DNA of 64,000 bases from Bacteroidales bacterium (GCA_028706295.1 JAQWBQ010000015.1:386-64385); one strand, 5' to 3'; counted from the first letter of the stretch, positions 9,078 through 18,634 are shown. The notes: a model not told the origin generated them from the sequence alone. Numbers and translations are program-made.

Positions 9078-12000
9078 ATGAATTTCAGTGCGTCAATTTG
9101 TCAAAGAGTTTTTTTTATATTGTTGGTATTATCGACCTTTTCGAAGGATGTTATTTCTCAAAAATGGATTCAATTCCCTATTGGAATTCCAAAGAACTGG
9201 ATAAATATTGGGGATTTGGATGTTAGTGGCGATGCAATTACCGTTGAAGCCTTAATTTCTGTTAGTAATATAGCGATCAGTCCTGCAAAGAATATTGTAT
9301 CAAAGCATACGGGATTTATAAACTGCAATTATTTATTGCGACATTGGCAGTTTGAAATAACTACAACCTCAGGTTATAAGTTTGTTCCAAATCCTATTAC
9401 TTTATGCGTTGATTCGATTTATCATGTTGCCGGCACCTATGATGGCGATAGTATTAAATATTATCTGAATGGTCTTAAAGTAGCATCCGTGCACTGGACA
9501 GGCGATTTGGTTCAAAACAGTTTAGATGCAGCAATAGGAAATATTTCAGGAAGCAGTGTCAATGAGCAATATTTCGGTTACATAGATGAGGTTCGAATTT
9601 GGAATACTGCACGAACGCAAACCGAAATCGCAAGTAATATGTATAATCTACCCAATCCAACCAGCCAAAGCGGATTGAAAGCGTATTATAAATTTGAAGG
9701 CAATTATATTAACCTGCAAGGTAATTCGCTATATAATGGAACTTTAATGGGTTCGCAGGTGAACAATATTGTCAATCCCTTTTTTCGTGGTACATTTTCA
9801 AATCCTCCGGCGAATGTTGGAATTACAATAGCTGCATCCAGTAATCCTGCATGTTCTGGAGATCCCGTTACCTTTACAGCCGTATCAACCAATCCCGGAT
9901 CTTCTCCTGTTTACCAGTGGAAGGTCAATGGTTTAAATGTTGGACTAAATAACCCGGTATATACTTATGTTCCAGTGAACGGGAATATTGTTACTTGTCG
10001 CCTGACCTCAAGCATTGGTTGTACAACAAATAATCCTGCAACAAGTAATGCCATTACCATGTCGGTAACGAATTCATCACCTGTCAGTGTTTCCATAACA
10101 GCATCGCAGAATAATGTATGTGAAGGCACCTCGGTAACCTTTAATGCTACTCCGACTAACGGCGGGGCGACTCCGACTTACCAATGGCGGGTTAATGGAT
10201 TGGCGGCAGGTTCAAATCTGTCATCCTTTACATATATCCCATTGAATGGCGACATTGTAACATGTGTACTCACATCATCTTTGTCAAATTGTATTACTAA
10301 TAATCCGGCTACTTCGAATACCATCACCATGAGCGTTGTTCAAAATAGTCCGGTTGGTATCGCGATTACTGCATCCCAAAACCCGGTTTGTACCGGGATT
10401 GCTGTAACGTTTACAGCTTTACCGACCAATCCTGGCTCTTCTCCCGCTTACCAATGGAAGGTCAATGGTATTAATGTGGGAATAAATAATCCAAACTATA
10501 CCTATGTTCCTTCAAATGGTGATATCGTAACCTGCCGTCTGACTTCCAATATTGTTTGTACGACAAATAATCCTGCAACAAGCAATTCTATTATTATGAT
10601 CGTCAATAATGTGTTGACTGTAAATGTTTCAATAATCGCTTCTCAGAATCCTGTTTGCCAGGGTTCTCCGGTTACTTTTAATGCTACTCCTTCTAATGGC
10701 GGAGGTTCTCCGAACTACCAATGGCAAGTCAATGGATTGGCGGCAGGTTCAAATGCTCCATTCTATACATATATACCAATAAATGGCGACGTCGTGACTT
10801 GCATTCTTACATCATCTTTGTCAAATTGTATTGCCAATAATCCCGCGACTTCAAATGCCATCACCATGAATGTTTTTCAATACATCCCCGTGGGTGTAAC
10901 GATAACTTCATCTCAAAATCCGGTCTGCGAAGGAAATATTGTGACATTTACGGCTTTGGCAACCAACCCCGGATCTTCTCCTGTTTATCAATGGCAGGTA
11001 AATGGAATCAATGTTGGTATGAATAATATGTCATACAGCTACGTCCCGGCAAATGGTGATATGGTGAAATGTATTCTTAACTCCTCATTGACTTCATGTG
11101 TTATTAATAATCCCGCTGTATCAAATGTAATTACCATGGTTGTAAACACGAACAATCCCGTTAGCGTGACAATTGCAGCCTCTCAAAATCCCGTATGTGA
11201 AAATAGTTCTGTGAACTTTGTTGCTTCATCAATCAATCCGGGTTCATCACCTGATTTCCAGTGGGATGTAAATGGGATTATGGGCGGGTTAAACAGCCCA
11301 AATTTCACTTACATACCTTCAAATGGCGATGTTGTAAAGTGTATACTTACTTCGTCATTGACAACCTGCACCTTAAATAATCCCGCTTTAAGCAATTTGA
11401 TTACTATGGTTGTCAATCCGTTAAATTATGTCGATGTGAGCATCAGCGCTTCAGCAAACCCGGTTTGTCATGGAGCCGAGGTGTCATTTACAGCAATTCC
11501 GACAAATCCCGGAAGTTCTCCTGGCTTTCAATGGAAAGTAAACGGATTAAATTATGGCCCTAACATCTCAAACCTAACGTATATTCCGTTAAATAGTGAT
11601 GTTGTCACCTGTGAAATGACTTCATCACTGAATACATGCGTTGTTAATAATCCTGCCTTGAGTAATTCAATTTCAATGACTGTCAATTCCAATAACCCTG
11701 TTAATATTTCAATTGCGGCATCTTCAACATCCGTTTGCGCCGGTACGGAAGTAATCTATACTTCGAACGCAACAAATCCTGGTAACAATCCTGAATACCA
11801 ATGGCAGGTAAACAGTTTGAATATCGGTACCAATAATCCTACATTTTCATATAGTCCGGCTAATGGGGATATGATAAACTGTATCCTCACATCATCGCTC
11901 ACGAATTGTGTCTCAAATAACCCCGCGATAAGTAATACCCTATTGATGACGGTCAATCCCCTTTTACCCGTTGAAATTTCTATTTTAGAATCAGCAAACA

Positions 12001-13307
12001 ATATCTGTGAAGGAACATCGGTGACCTTTAATGCATCGGCCACAAACATTGGTAACGCTCCGGTTTATTCCTGGAATATCAATGGTACGGTTACCGGGAC
12101 CAATGCTAATATATTCAGTTATTATCCTTCAAATAATGATGTTGTATCCTGTAGCGTGATATCTTCTCTTACTACCTGTGTGATCAACAATCCGGCTACC
12201 AGTAACCTGGTTACGATGACTGTTAATCAAAATCTTCCGGTAAGTGTTTCAATTATTTCTACATCAAATCCAATTTGTAAAGGGTTGCTGGATACATTTA
12301 CTGCACTTCCTGGAAATCAAGGAAATGACCCTGTTTATAAATGGAATGTGAATGGGATGAGCGTTGGATCAAACAATCCGGTTTTCTCCTATTTTCCTGA
12401 AGATAATGATATATTGACATGTGAATTGATATCAAGTTTATCCTGCACAACAGGAAATCCATCTATCAGTACTCCTGTATTGATTAAAGTTAATCCTGTG
12501 CCAACCATGAAATTTACAATATGTTTTGATACATGTACCATCGAAAATGCAAAGCCATTTTTATTGAAAGGGGGTGCCCCGGTTGGTGGCGTTTATTCAG
12601 GAACAGGGGTGAATTCGGTGAATTGTTATTTTGACCCTTCAAAAGCTGAAATCGGAATAAATGAGATCACATATACATATACGAATGTTTATAATTGCAC
12701 GGGGACACAGACTCTGACAATCAATGTTAATGAAGCGCAGCCTTTTGTGTGTGGTCAGCTTCTTACTGATATCAGAGATGGAAAAACCTATCCCACAATT
12801 TTACTTGGAACACAGTGTTGGATGAGAACTAATCTTGATCATGGTATACTTATCTCGGGAAAAAATTCTCAATATGATAATTGTCAAACCGAAAAGTATT
12901 GTTTTAACAATGAAAGCACGAATTGTTCGTTTTTTGGCGCATTTTATCAATGGGATGAACTCATGCAATATCAACAATCACCGGGAGTTCAGGGGCTCTG
13001 CCCCCCTGGTTGGCATATCCCGACAAAGAATGAATGGAGTGTCTTATTTTCTTTATATAAACAACAAGCTTTAGCCGGAGAACCACTTCAGGATAATGTT
13101 GTTGAAGGATTTAATGCATTACAAGGCGGGGTCTATTACAGCAATTTGAAATGGCAATTTAAAAATTTTGCTACCATTTTTTGGACCTCAGATTATTCGG
13201 GTACGTACAAAGCAATTTCGCATGGGATGAATCTTATTAATTTCAGTGTTTCAGATTATAAATCAGATCGTTATAATGCATTTTCAGTGCGTTGTTTAAA
13301 AGATTAA
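9078..13307 (+). CDS. Giant secreted surface protein: signal peptide, LamG/concanavalin-like domain, 10 tandem Ig-like repeats, one further Ig-like domain, C-terminal FISUMP (Fibrobacter succinogenes major paralogous, TIGR02145-type) domain
   Basis: 1409 aa. LamG_3-type motif IDEVRIWNTARTQTEIASNM. Ten repeats carry [YF]-x-W-x-[VI]-N-[GS]. C-terminus has DGKTYPTILLGTQCWMRTNL ... CPPGWHIPTKNEWSVL ... FSVRCLKD, the FISUMP hallmark. Confidence 0.85.
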   Translation: MNFSASICQRVFFILLVLSTFSKDVISQKWIQFPIGIPKNWINIGDLDVSGDAITVEALISVSNIAISPAKNIVSKHTGFINCNYLLRHWQFEITTTSGYKFVPNPITLCVDSIYHVAGTYDGDSIKYYLNGLKVASVHWTGDLVQNSLDAAIGNISGSSVNEQYFGYIDEVRIWNTARTQTEIASNMYNLPNPTSQSGLKAYYKFEGNYINLQGNSLYNGTLMGSQVNNIVNPFFRGTFSNPPANVGITIAASSNPACSGDPVTFTAVSTNPGSSPVYQWKVNGLNVGLNNPVYTYVPVNGNIVTCRLTSSIGCTTNNPATSNAITMSVTNSSPVSVSITASQNNVCEGTSVTFNATPTNGGATPTYQWRVNGLAAGSNLSSFTYIPLNGDIVTCVLTSSLSNCITNNPATSNTITMSVVQNSPVGIAITASQNPVCTGIAVTFTALPTNPGSSPAYQWKVNGINVGINNPNYTYVPSNGDIVTCRLTSNIVCTTNNPATSNSIIMIVNNVLTVNVSIIASQNPVCQGSPVTFNATPSNGGGSPNYQWQVNGLAAGSNAPFYTYIPINGDVVTCILTSSLSNCIANNPATSNAITMNVFQYIPVGVTITSSQNPVCEGNIVTFTALATNPGSSPVYQWQVNGINVGMNNMSYSYVPANGDMVKCILNSSLTSCVINNPAVSNVITMVVNTNNPVSVTIAASQNPVCENSSVNFVASSINPGSSPDFQWDVNGIMGGLNSPNFTYIPSNGDVVKCILTSSLTTCTLNNPALSNLITMVVNPLNYVDVSISASANPVCHGAEVSFTAIPTNPGSSPGFQWKVNGLNYGPNISNLTYIPLNSDVVTCEMTSSLNTCVVNNPALSNSISMTVNSNNPVNISIAASSTSVCAGTEVIYTSNATNPGNNPEYQWQVNSLNIGTNNPTFSYSPANGDMINCILTSSLTNCVSNNPAISNTLLMTVNPLLPVEISILESANNICEGTSVTFNASATNIGNAPVYSWNINGTVTGTNANIFSYYPSNNDVVSCSVISSLTTCVINNPATSNLVTMTVNQNLPVSVSIISTSNPICKGLLDTFTALPGNQGNDPVYKWNVNGMSVGSNNPVFSYFPEDNDILTCELISSLSCTTGNPSISTPVLIKVNPVPTMKFTICFDTCTIENAKPFLLKGGAPVGGVYSGTGVNSVNCYFDPSKAEIGINEITYTYTNVYNCTGTQTLTINVNEAQPFVCGQLLTDIRDGKTYPTILLGTQCWMRTNLDHGILISGKNSQYDNCQTEKYCFNNESTNCSFFGAFYQWDELMQYQQSPGVQGLCPPGWHIPTKNEWSVLFSLYKQQALAGEPLQDNVVEGFNALQGGVYYSNLKWQFKNFATIFWTSDYSGTYKAISHGMNLINFSVSDYKSDRYNAFSVRCLKD
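9820..12500 (+). repeat. Ten in-frame tandem coding repeats of 267/270 nt (89-90 aa Cys-bracketed Ig-like modules)
   Basis: The conserved aromatic-x-Trp codon triplet starts at 9912, 10179, 10449, 10716, 10986, 11256, 11526, 11796, 12066 and 12336. Spacings are 267, 270, 267, 270, then 270 throughout. Confidence 0.85.
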
Positions 13308-13310
13308 TAT

Positions 13311-14324
13311 ATGCCCGTCTTCTCCATCCTGACACCGACTTATAACCATGAAAACTTCCTGGAGGCGTGTATCTGGTCAGCAATATCGCAAACATTTCAG
13401 GATTGGGAGATGATCATACTGGATGACGGGAGCGCCGATCGCACGGGCGACATCGCGCTTCAATGGGCCGCTCAGGAGAAACGAATTCGTTATTGCCATC
13501 AGGAAAACAAAGGTATTGACTCGTTGGCGGAAACCTATAATACAGGTCTGTCGATGGCTCAGGGCAGGTATATCTGCATCCTTGAGGGCGATGATCTCTG
13601 GAAACCCGATAAATTGCAACGCCAGTTCGATATTCTTGAAAATCACCCGGAGGTGATCGTCACCTGGGGACGCGCCGAGGCCCTGGTTTCAGATACTTCA
13701 ACCATCGAGCGGATTTCACCTCCTTACGGGATCCCTGACGACCCGTGCTGGCCCAATCGACCCCCGGGCGTAGTGTTGAACCAACTTTACATCGAAAATA
13801 TAATCCCGGCCGTTACCCTTGCCATCCGGAAATCAGCGCTTCAGGTAATAGGCGGATTTAAACAGCCCACTGGATTCCCGACGACCGACCTCCCGACACT
13901 GGCCGACCTGGCACTCCGTGGCGCCTTCTGTTTCGATGGTGAAATTCTTGCACAATGGAGGATCTACAGCGGTCAGACCACGAAACGATATCCGGTCGAA
14001 ATGGTGAAGAGCCGCTGGCAGTTCGTTCGGGAACATCTGGAAAAACTTGACCCACCGTACCGGGCAAACCTACGGATATCAACCCGTGATATTGATCGCC
14101 ATTTCCATTCCAGGCTGATGATCGCTTATGCATCGTCGGGACGCTATCGCCTGATCAGAAAGGAATTCAGGGAAGCACGGAAGGACTATTCGAGGGCAAT
14201 CTTTTATCCGGATGCCGGGAATTTTGTATGGCGGATCAGGGCAATAATAGGCTGGGTTTTCAGTTTATTCCACTGGAATGTGGAAACCCTTACAAGAAAA
14301 CTGGGAAAAATATCATATCAATAG
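13311..14324 (+). CDS. Glycosyltransferase family 2
   Basis: FSILTPTYNHENFLEACIWSAISQTFQDWEMIILDDGSADRT (GT-A N-terminal signature) and EGDD (DxD-like). Confidence 0.85.
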   Translation: MPVFSILTPTYNHENFLEACIWSAISQTFQDWEMIILDDGSADRTGDIALQWAAQEKRIRYCHQENKGIDSLAETYNTGLSMAQGRYICILEGDDLWKPDKLQRQFDILENHPEVIVTWGRAEALVSDTSTIERISPPYGIPDDPCWPNRPPGVVLNQLYIENIIPAVTLAIRKSALQVIGGFKQPTGFPTTDLPTLADLALRGAFCFDGEILAQWRIYSGQTTKRYPVEMVKSRWQFVREHLEKLDPPYRANLRISTRDIDRHFHSRLMIAYASSGRYRLIRKEFREARKDYSRAIFYPDAGNFVWRIRAIIGWVFSLFHWNVETLTRKLGKISYQ

Positions 14325-14327
14325 CGA

Positions 14328-15764
14328 ATGATCTCGAGGCAGTTTTTCAAATCCTCACTCATCTACTCTTTGGTTGGCGCTTTACCTTACACCACCGGGG
14401 TGATCCTGATCCCTTTTTTTACCTACAAGCTTACTCCCGAACAGTTTGGTATAAATGCACTCTACCTTACCGTGATGTATTTTGTTCAGTTATTATCTAC
14501 TTTCGGACTGGATACCTACATCGGAATCAATTACTTTGAACATAAAAATGACCGGCAACGTTTACGGGAGTTTATTGGAACGGTCCTGATAACACTCTTA
14601 GTGACCGCGACGCTGCTGGTTGTTATCCTTTCGCTGGGAGGCAGCAGCCTGTTCCGGATCATCTTTAAAAATTCTGCATCACTGGACTTTTTTCCCTGGG
14701 GATTGATCACGGTTTTTTCGGCTGTTTTTAATGGTTTCTTTAAATCCTATTCCAGCCTGTTGATCAATCAGCAACGCCCCGAACGGTTCTTTTGGCTGAA
14801 TATAACGAATTTTCTGGTCACCCTGGGCGCTTCCCTTCTGATCCTCTATCAGTTTCCGTTTACGCTCAATGGTCCTGTCATTGGCCGGCTGATCCCCGCG
14901 GTGCTCAGTGGGTTAATTTCCATATCGTTGATAATTAGTGAATTCGGAGTTGCATTCCGGAAAGAATTGCTGAACGGGGTATGGTCGTTTTGCGCTCCGA
15001 TGGTGGTTTATGGGATCATGGTTTGGATTGTGAACTACATTGACCGCTACCTGATCGTGCATTTTATGGCCGATCCGACTTTTGTCGGGATCTTTGACTT
15101 TGGCGTAAAACTTTCAATGGGGATTGACCTGGTCCAGGTTGGTCTCGCCAACACCATACATCCGAAGGTTTATAATATATGGAAAGATGGGAATCTGCAT
15201 GAAAGTACCAAAGAGGTCAACCGCTATTACAATGGTTTCACCGCGGTAACCCTTTTGATCATCCCGGTAGTCGTTATAGCGGTTCCGCTGCTGGTGCCAC
15301 TGGTGATCCAAAAAGAGATTTATTACCAGGCTTTCATTTTTCTGCCATTATTATGTCTGGGATTTGCAACACGTCCCTGGTTCTACCTCTTCCTCGCCCC
15401 GCTTTTCTTTTTCAAAAAAACCAAAGCCCTGCCCCGGGTATTCCTTTTTTCTGCAATTTTTCAGATTACGATCTGCAGCCTCTTGGTTTGGAAATTCGGC
15501 TTGATGGGAGCCGTGTGGTCCAACTTCCTTGTAAAACCGGTTCAGGCCCTTTTTCTTTACCTGGAAAGCCGGAAAATTTTCACATTCCGTTTGAACAACT
15601 GGAAAATATTCTATCTCCCCATAACCGTGATCATCCTGACGATGATATGTCAGTTTTTCATCAATGATCAAAACCTTATCTGGTTTGCCGCCGGACAATT
15701 GATTCTGACTTCCTCCCTGGTGTTTGCAACTTACCGTAAAGAACTTTTATCACTTTTCACATGA
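14328..15764 (+). CDS. Oligosaccharide/polysaccharide flippase (Wzx-like, MOP superfamily)
   Basis: 478 aa, about 12-14 hydrophobic helices, located at the end of the glycan operon, 3 nt after the GT2 stop. Confidence 0.8.
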   Translation: MISRQFFKSSLIYSLVGALPYTTGVILIPFFTYKLTPEQFGINALYLTVMYFVQLLSTFGLDTYIGINYFEHKNDRQRLREFIGTVLITLLVTATLLVVILSLGGSSLFRIIFKNSASLDFFPWGLITVFSAVFNGFFKSYSSLLINQQRPERFFWLNITNFLVTLGASLLILYQFPFTLNGPVIGRLIPAVLSGLISISLIISEFGVAFRKELLNGVWSFCAPMVVYGIMVWIVNYIDRYLIVHFMADPTFVGIFDFGVKLSMGIDLVQVGLANTIHPKVYNIWKDGNLHESTKEVNRYYNGFTAVTLLIIPVVVIAVPLLVPLVIQKEIYYQAFIFLPLLCLGFATRPWFYLFLAPLFFFKKTKALPRVFLFSAIFQITICSLLVWKFGLMGAVWSNFLVKPVQALFLYLESRKIFTFRLNNWKIFYLPITVIILTMICQFFINDQNLIWFAAGQLILTSSLVFATYRKELLSLFT

Positions 15765-16678
15765 AGGATCGAGGCATTTAACTCAAATCCGACGATCAGG
15801 CTTATCGCATTGACATAAATCCACACGAGGACGATCATCAGGGTTCCCAATGATCCGTAAAAGGCGTTGTAGCTGGAAAAATTATCGACGTAGAAATTAA
15901 ACCCGAGGGTGGTAAGAATGATCAGGAATGTGGCCATGAGGGATCCGGGCGACAGAAAACGGAAACTCTTCCGGCGGGCGGGTGCGAGATAAAACAGGGA
16001 TGAAATGGCCATGAGAAGCAGGCTGAGAACAATGATCCAGCGGAGCAACTCAAAAATAATAAGGATGAATCCGCTGTCCTCGATCGAATCGGGCAGGAGT
16101 AAACGGAGTAACGCAGGTCCGATGGTCATCATTGCTACCGCCAGGATCAGCAGAAAACTGATGATAAACAGTACAAAAAAAGCGACAATATACTGTTTGA
16201 TTGCCGATCGGGTTTCAATATCATGATAGGTGTTGTTAAAGGCTTCAATCAGGCTGTTAACGCCGTTCGTCGAAAAATAAATGGTAAGAATGAGGTTAAA
16301 TATCAGGAGGCTGCTTCGGGGTCGTGTGATGATGTCAATGATGGTCTCCTTTACCGATTCATAAGCCAGTTTCGGCATAAATTCTGCGATAATGGCAAGC
16401 AATGATTGTTGGAAATTGGCAATCGGAATAAAGGGGATGATCGAAAAAAGAAATATGAGGAATGGGAAAATGGCCAGGAAGATGGAGTAGGAGATGGCCG
16501 CGGCCCGCGAAGTGATATATCCCTGCTGAAGCCCGCGGAAAAAAAACACCCCGACATCAAACAACGGCAACCCGTCAAATCCGGGAAGAACAAGCTTCCT
16601 CGATATTTTGATAATCCTTGCGACCGGTTGCCAGTTTAGAAAACGATCCAGCAATTGTTTTGGTTGGTGTTGTGACAT
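15731..16678 (-). CDS. YihY/BrkB family inner-membrane protein
   Basis: 315 aa, 6 TM. N-terminal region SRAAAISYSIFLAIFPFLIFL and C-terminal YGSLGTLMIVLVWIYVNA are typical of the YihY family. Confidence 0.75.
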   Translation of the reverse strand: MSQHQPKQLLDRFLNWQPVARIIKISRKLVLPGFDGLPLFDVGVFFFRGLQQGYITSRAAAISYSIFLAIFPFLIFLFSIIPFIPIANFQQSLLAIIAEFMPKLAYESVKETIIDIITRPRSSLLIFNLILTIYFSTNGVNSLIEAFNNTYHDIETRSAIKQYIVAFFVLFIISFLLILAVAMMTIGPALLRLLLPDSIEDSGFILIIFELLRWIIVLSLLLMAISSLFYLAPARRKSFRFLSPGSLMATFLIILTTLGFNFYVDNFSSYNAFYGSLGTLMIVLVWIYVNAISLIVGFELNASILHVKSDKSSLR

Positions 16679-16733
16679 CTTGATCGATAAAACCAGATTG
16701 AATAAAGGAACAGGCTACCCTGATAACCTCAGA

Positions 16734-17567
16734 CTACATCGCCTTTAAGCTTAGGTCAAGGTTTCGAACCTGGGTCGTAAGTGCGCCGATGGAAATAAAA
16801 TCGACCCCCGTTTCGGCATATTCCCGGATATTTATCTCGGTTATCCCGCCGCTTGCTTCGGTCTCGTATTTCCTGTCGATAAGCGCGACAGCCTCTTTCA
16901 GCAAACCGGGTGTAAAATTATCGAGCATGATGCGGTCGACCTTCCCATGTTCCAGAACCCGCTTCAACTCATCCAGGTTCCGTACTTCGATTTCAACTTT
17001 CAGCTTTTTCCCGGTTCTGTCCAGATATTGATGTACTGCATCAATAGCGGGTCCAATACCCCCCGCGAAATCCACATGATTGTCCTTGATCAGGATCATG
17101 TCGTATAACCCCATCCGGTGATTCCCGCCACCGCCCGTCACAACGGCATACTTTTCAAGGGTCCTTAAAAGAGGAGTTGTCTTGCGTGTATCCAGAACCC
17201 GGGTTTGCAATCCTTCCAGTTTTTTTACAATACGCGCGGTAACCGTCGCAATCCCGCTGAGCCGTTGCATGAAGTTCAATACCAATCGCTCCGACGAAAG
17301 AATGGATGCCTTATTCCCGGTAACTGTGAAAACAATATCCCCTTTCCTGACCCGCGTTCCGTCACTTATGAAACTGCTGATCTGGAGTGAAGGATCAATC
17401 CGGTGAAACACCTTCTCCGCAATGTCGGTTCCACAGATGATTCCCTCTTCCTTCACCAACAGTTTGGCCCTTCCGGTCTTTTTCCCTGTTAAAGTAGCAA
17501 GGGTGGTATGGTCGCCATCACCCAGGTCTTCTTCAAGGGCCCTGATTATAAGTTCATCGGTGGTCAT
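16734..17567 (-). CDS. nadC: Nicotinate-nucleotide pyrophosphorylase (carboxylating)
   Basis: 277 aa. VLDTRKTTPLLR and ILIKDNHVDF motifs, and the C-terminal TIM-barrel pattern (IMLDNF ... EASGGI). Confidence 0.9.
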   Translation of the reverse strand: MTTDELIIRALEEDLGDGDHTTLATLTGKKTGRAKLLVKEEGIICGTDIAEKVFHRIDPSLQISSFISDGTRVRKGDIVFTVTGNKASILSSERLVLNFMQRLSGIATVTARIVKKLEGLQTRVLDTRKTTPLLRTLEKYAVVTGGGGNHRMGLYDMILIKDNHVDFAGGIGPAIDAVHQYLDRTGKKLKVEIEVRNLDELKRVLEHGKVDRIMLDNFTPGLLKEAVALIDRKYETEASGGITEINIREYAETGVDFISIGALTTQVRNLDLSLKAM

Positions 17568-18025
17568 CAGCTTTCCTCAATTTTGATTTGTTGAATGTAC
17601 TCTTCACTCCCTGATTTTTTGATCAGCAGGTAACTCCTGAAGGTCATTGTCGGAGTTTCCAGGGTGCCAAAAATATAATAGGACTCCTGGGTCTCAACTC
17701 CTTTTTTTAACAGTTTGAAATCCCTGATTTTATTGCGACCGAAGAAGTCCTTTAAGATCCGGGTTGCCTGTTGTTTGCTGTAGGTATCATCGTAGCCGGG
17801 AATTTTTAAATCGATCATCGCGGCCAGATGGGAGGAAAGTCCTTGTGCATCACCGGTTTTAAGGGCGGAAATTACCTCCCGCGATATGTCATTTACAGAT
17901 ATATAAATGGTCGGATTGGATTTCGGTGCCCATGGTAAACATACCAAAAACATGAAAGCCAAAACCCGGAAAAGGCTTGTAAACGTTCTTCGAATGTGAA
18001 GGAGGCGATGCATGTGCACAAACAT
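17567..18025 (-). CDS. Hypothetical secreted protein (possibly DUF4783-like, from memory of nadC neighbours in Bacteroidota)
   Basis: 152-aa ORF with an N-terminal hydrophobic signal. Its stop overlaps the nadC start by 1 nt. The family assignment is unverified. Confidence 0.5.
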   Translation of the reverse strand: MFVHMHRLLHIRRTFTSLFRVLAFMFLVCLPWAPKSNPTIYISVNDISREVISALKTGDAQGLSSHLAAMIDLKIPGYDDTYSKQQATRILKDFFGRNKIRDFKLLKKGVETQESYYIFGTLETPTMTFRSYLLIKKSGSEEYIQQIKIEES

Positions 18026-18064
18026 ACGAAAATTTGATTGAATTTCTCATCTTTGCAGTGATTT

Positions 18065-18538
18065 ATGAAAGTACGATTGCTACTTATCGGAAAAACAGAA
18101 GAGGATTTTTTAAAATCCGGGATCCGCGATTATGAAATCCGGGTGAACCGGTACCTTCCGTTCGACATCCTGGAGCTGCCTGTTCCTAAAAACAGCGCTT
18201 CTCTCAGTCAGGGAGAACAGAAAAAACGGGAATCGGAGTTGATCATGCGACAATTTCAACAGGGCGACTGTATCATCTTACTCGATGAACGGGGCACGGA
18301 GATGCGTTCGGTTGAATTCTCCGAATTCCTGAATAAACAGTTTGTCGCGGGTTTCAAACGAATCCTTTTCATCGTGGGCGGGCCTTATGGCTTCGACCCG
18401 TCACTCAAAAAGCAGGCTTCATTTATACTATCACTCTCAAAAATGACGTTTTCTCACCAGATGGTTCGACTTTTCTTCACCGAACAATTGTATCGCGCCC
18501 TCACGATCCTGAAAGGCGAGTCGTACCACCATGAATGA
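18065..18538 (+). CDS. rlmH: 23S rRNA (pseudouridine1915-N3)-methyltransferase RlmH (SPOUT)
   Basis: 157 aa. MKVRLLLIGKT start, ILLDERG, FIVGGPYGF, and a C-terminal GESYHH tail typical of RlmH. Confidence 0.85.
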   Translation: MKVRLLLIGKTEEDFLKSGIRDYEIRVNRYLPFDILELPVPKNSASLSQGEQKKRESELIMRQFQQGDCIILLDERGTEMRSVEFSEFLNKQFVAGFKRILFIVGGPYGFDPSLKKQASFILSLSKMTFSHQMVRLFFTEQLYRALTILKGESYHHE

Positions 18539-18626
18539 TCGGATGACGTAAATGGTTTAACAGTTTTTTAACGAAATGGTTAACAAATATTAACAACCCG
18601 GCTTTAATCGCTTTTTGTTCATTTTA

Positions 18627-18634
18627 TAAATTTG
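18627..18634 (+). promoter_or_regulatory. Putative -7 promoter box TAAATTTG for the Bat operon
   Basis: Exact TAnnTTTG, 22 nt upstream of ATG 18656. The track start (TTG 18632) lies inside the box, so ATG 18656 is preferred. Confidence 0.55.

Noticed and set aside
9820-12500. Regular 267-270-nt periodicity could superficially suggest a CRISPR-like or satellite array
   Set aside because: The period is a multiple of three and lies inside one long ORF. The units are 50-80% similar protein modules with conserved Cys and Trp. There are no short identical repeats with unique spacers.
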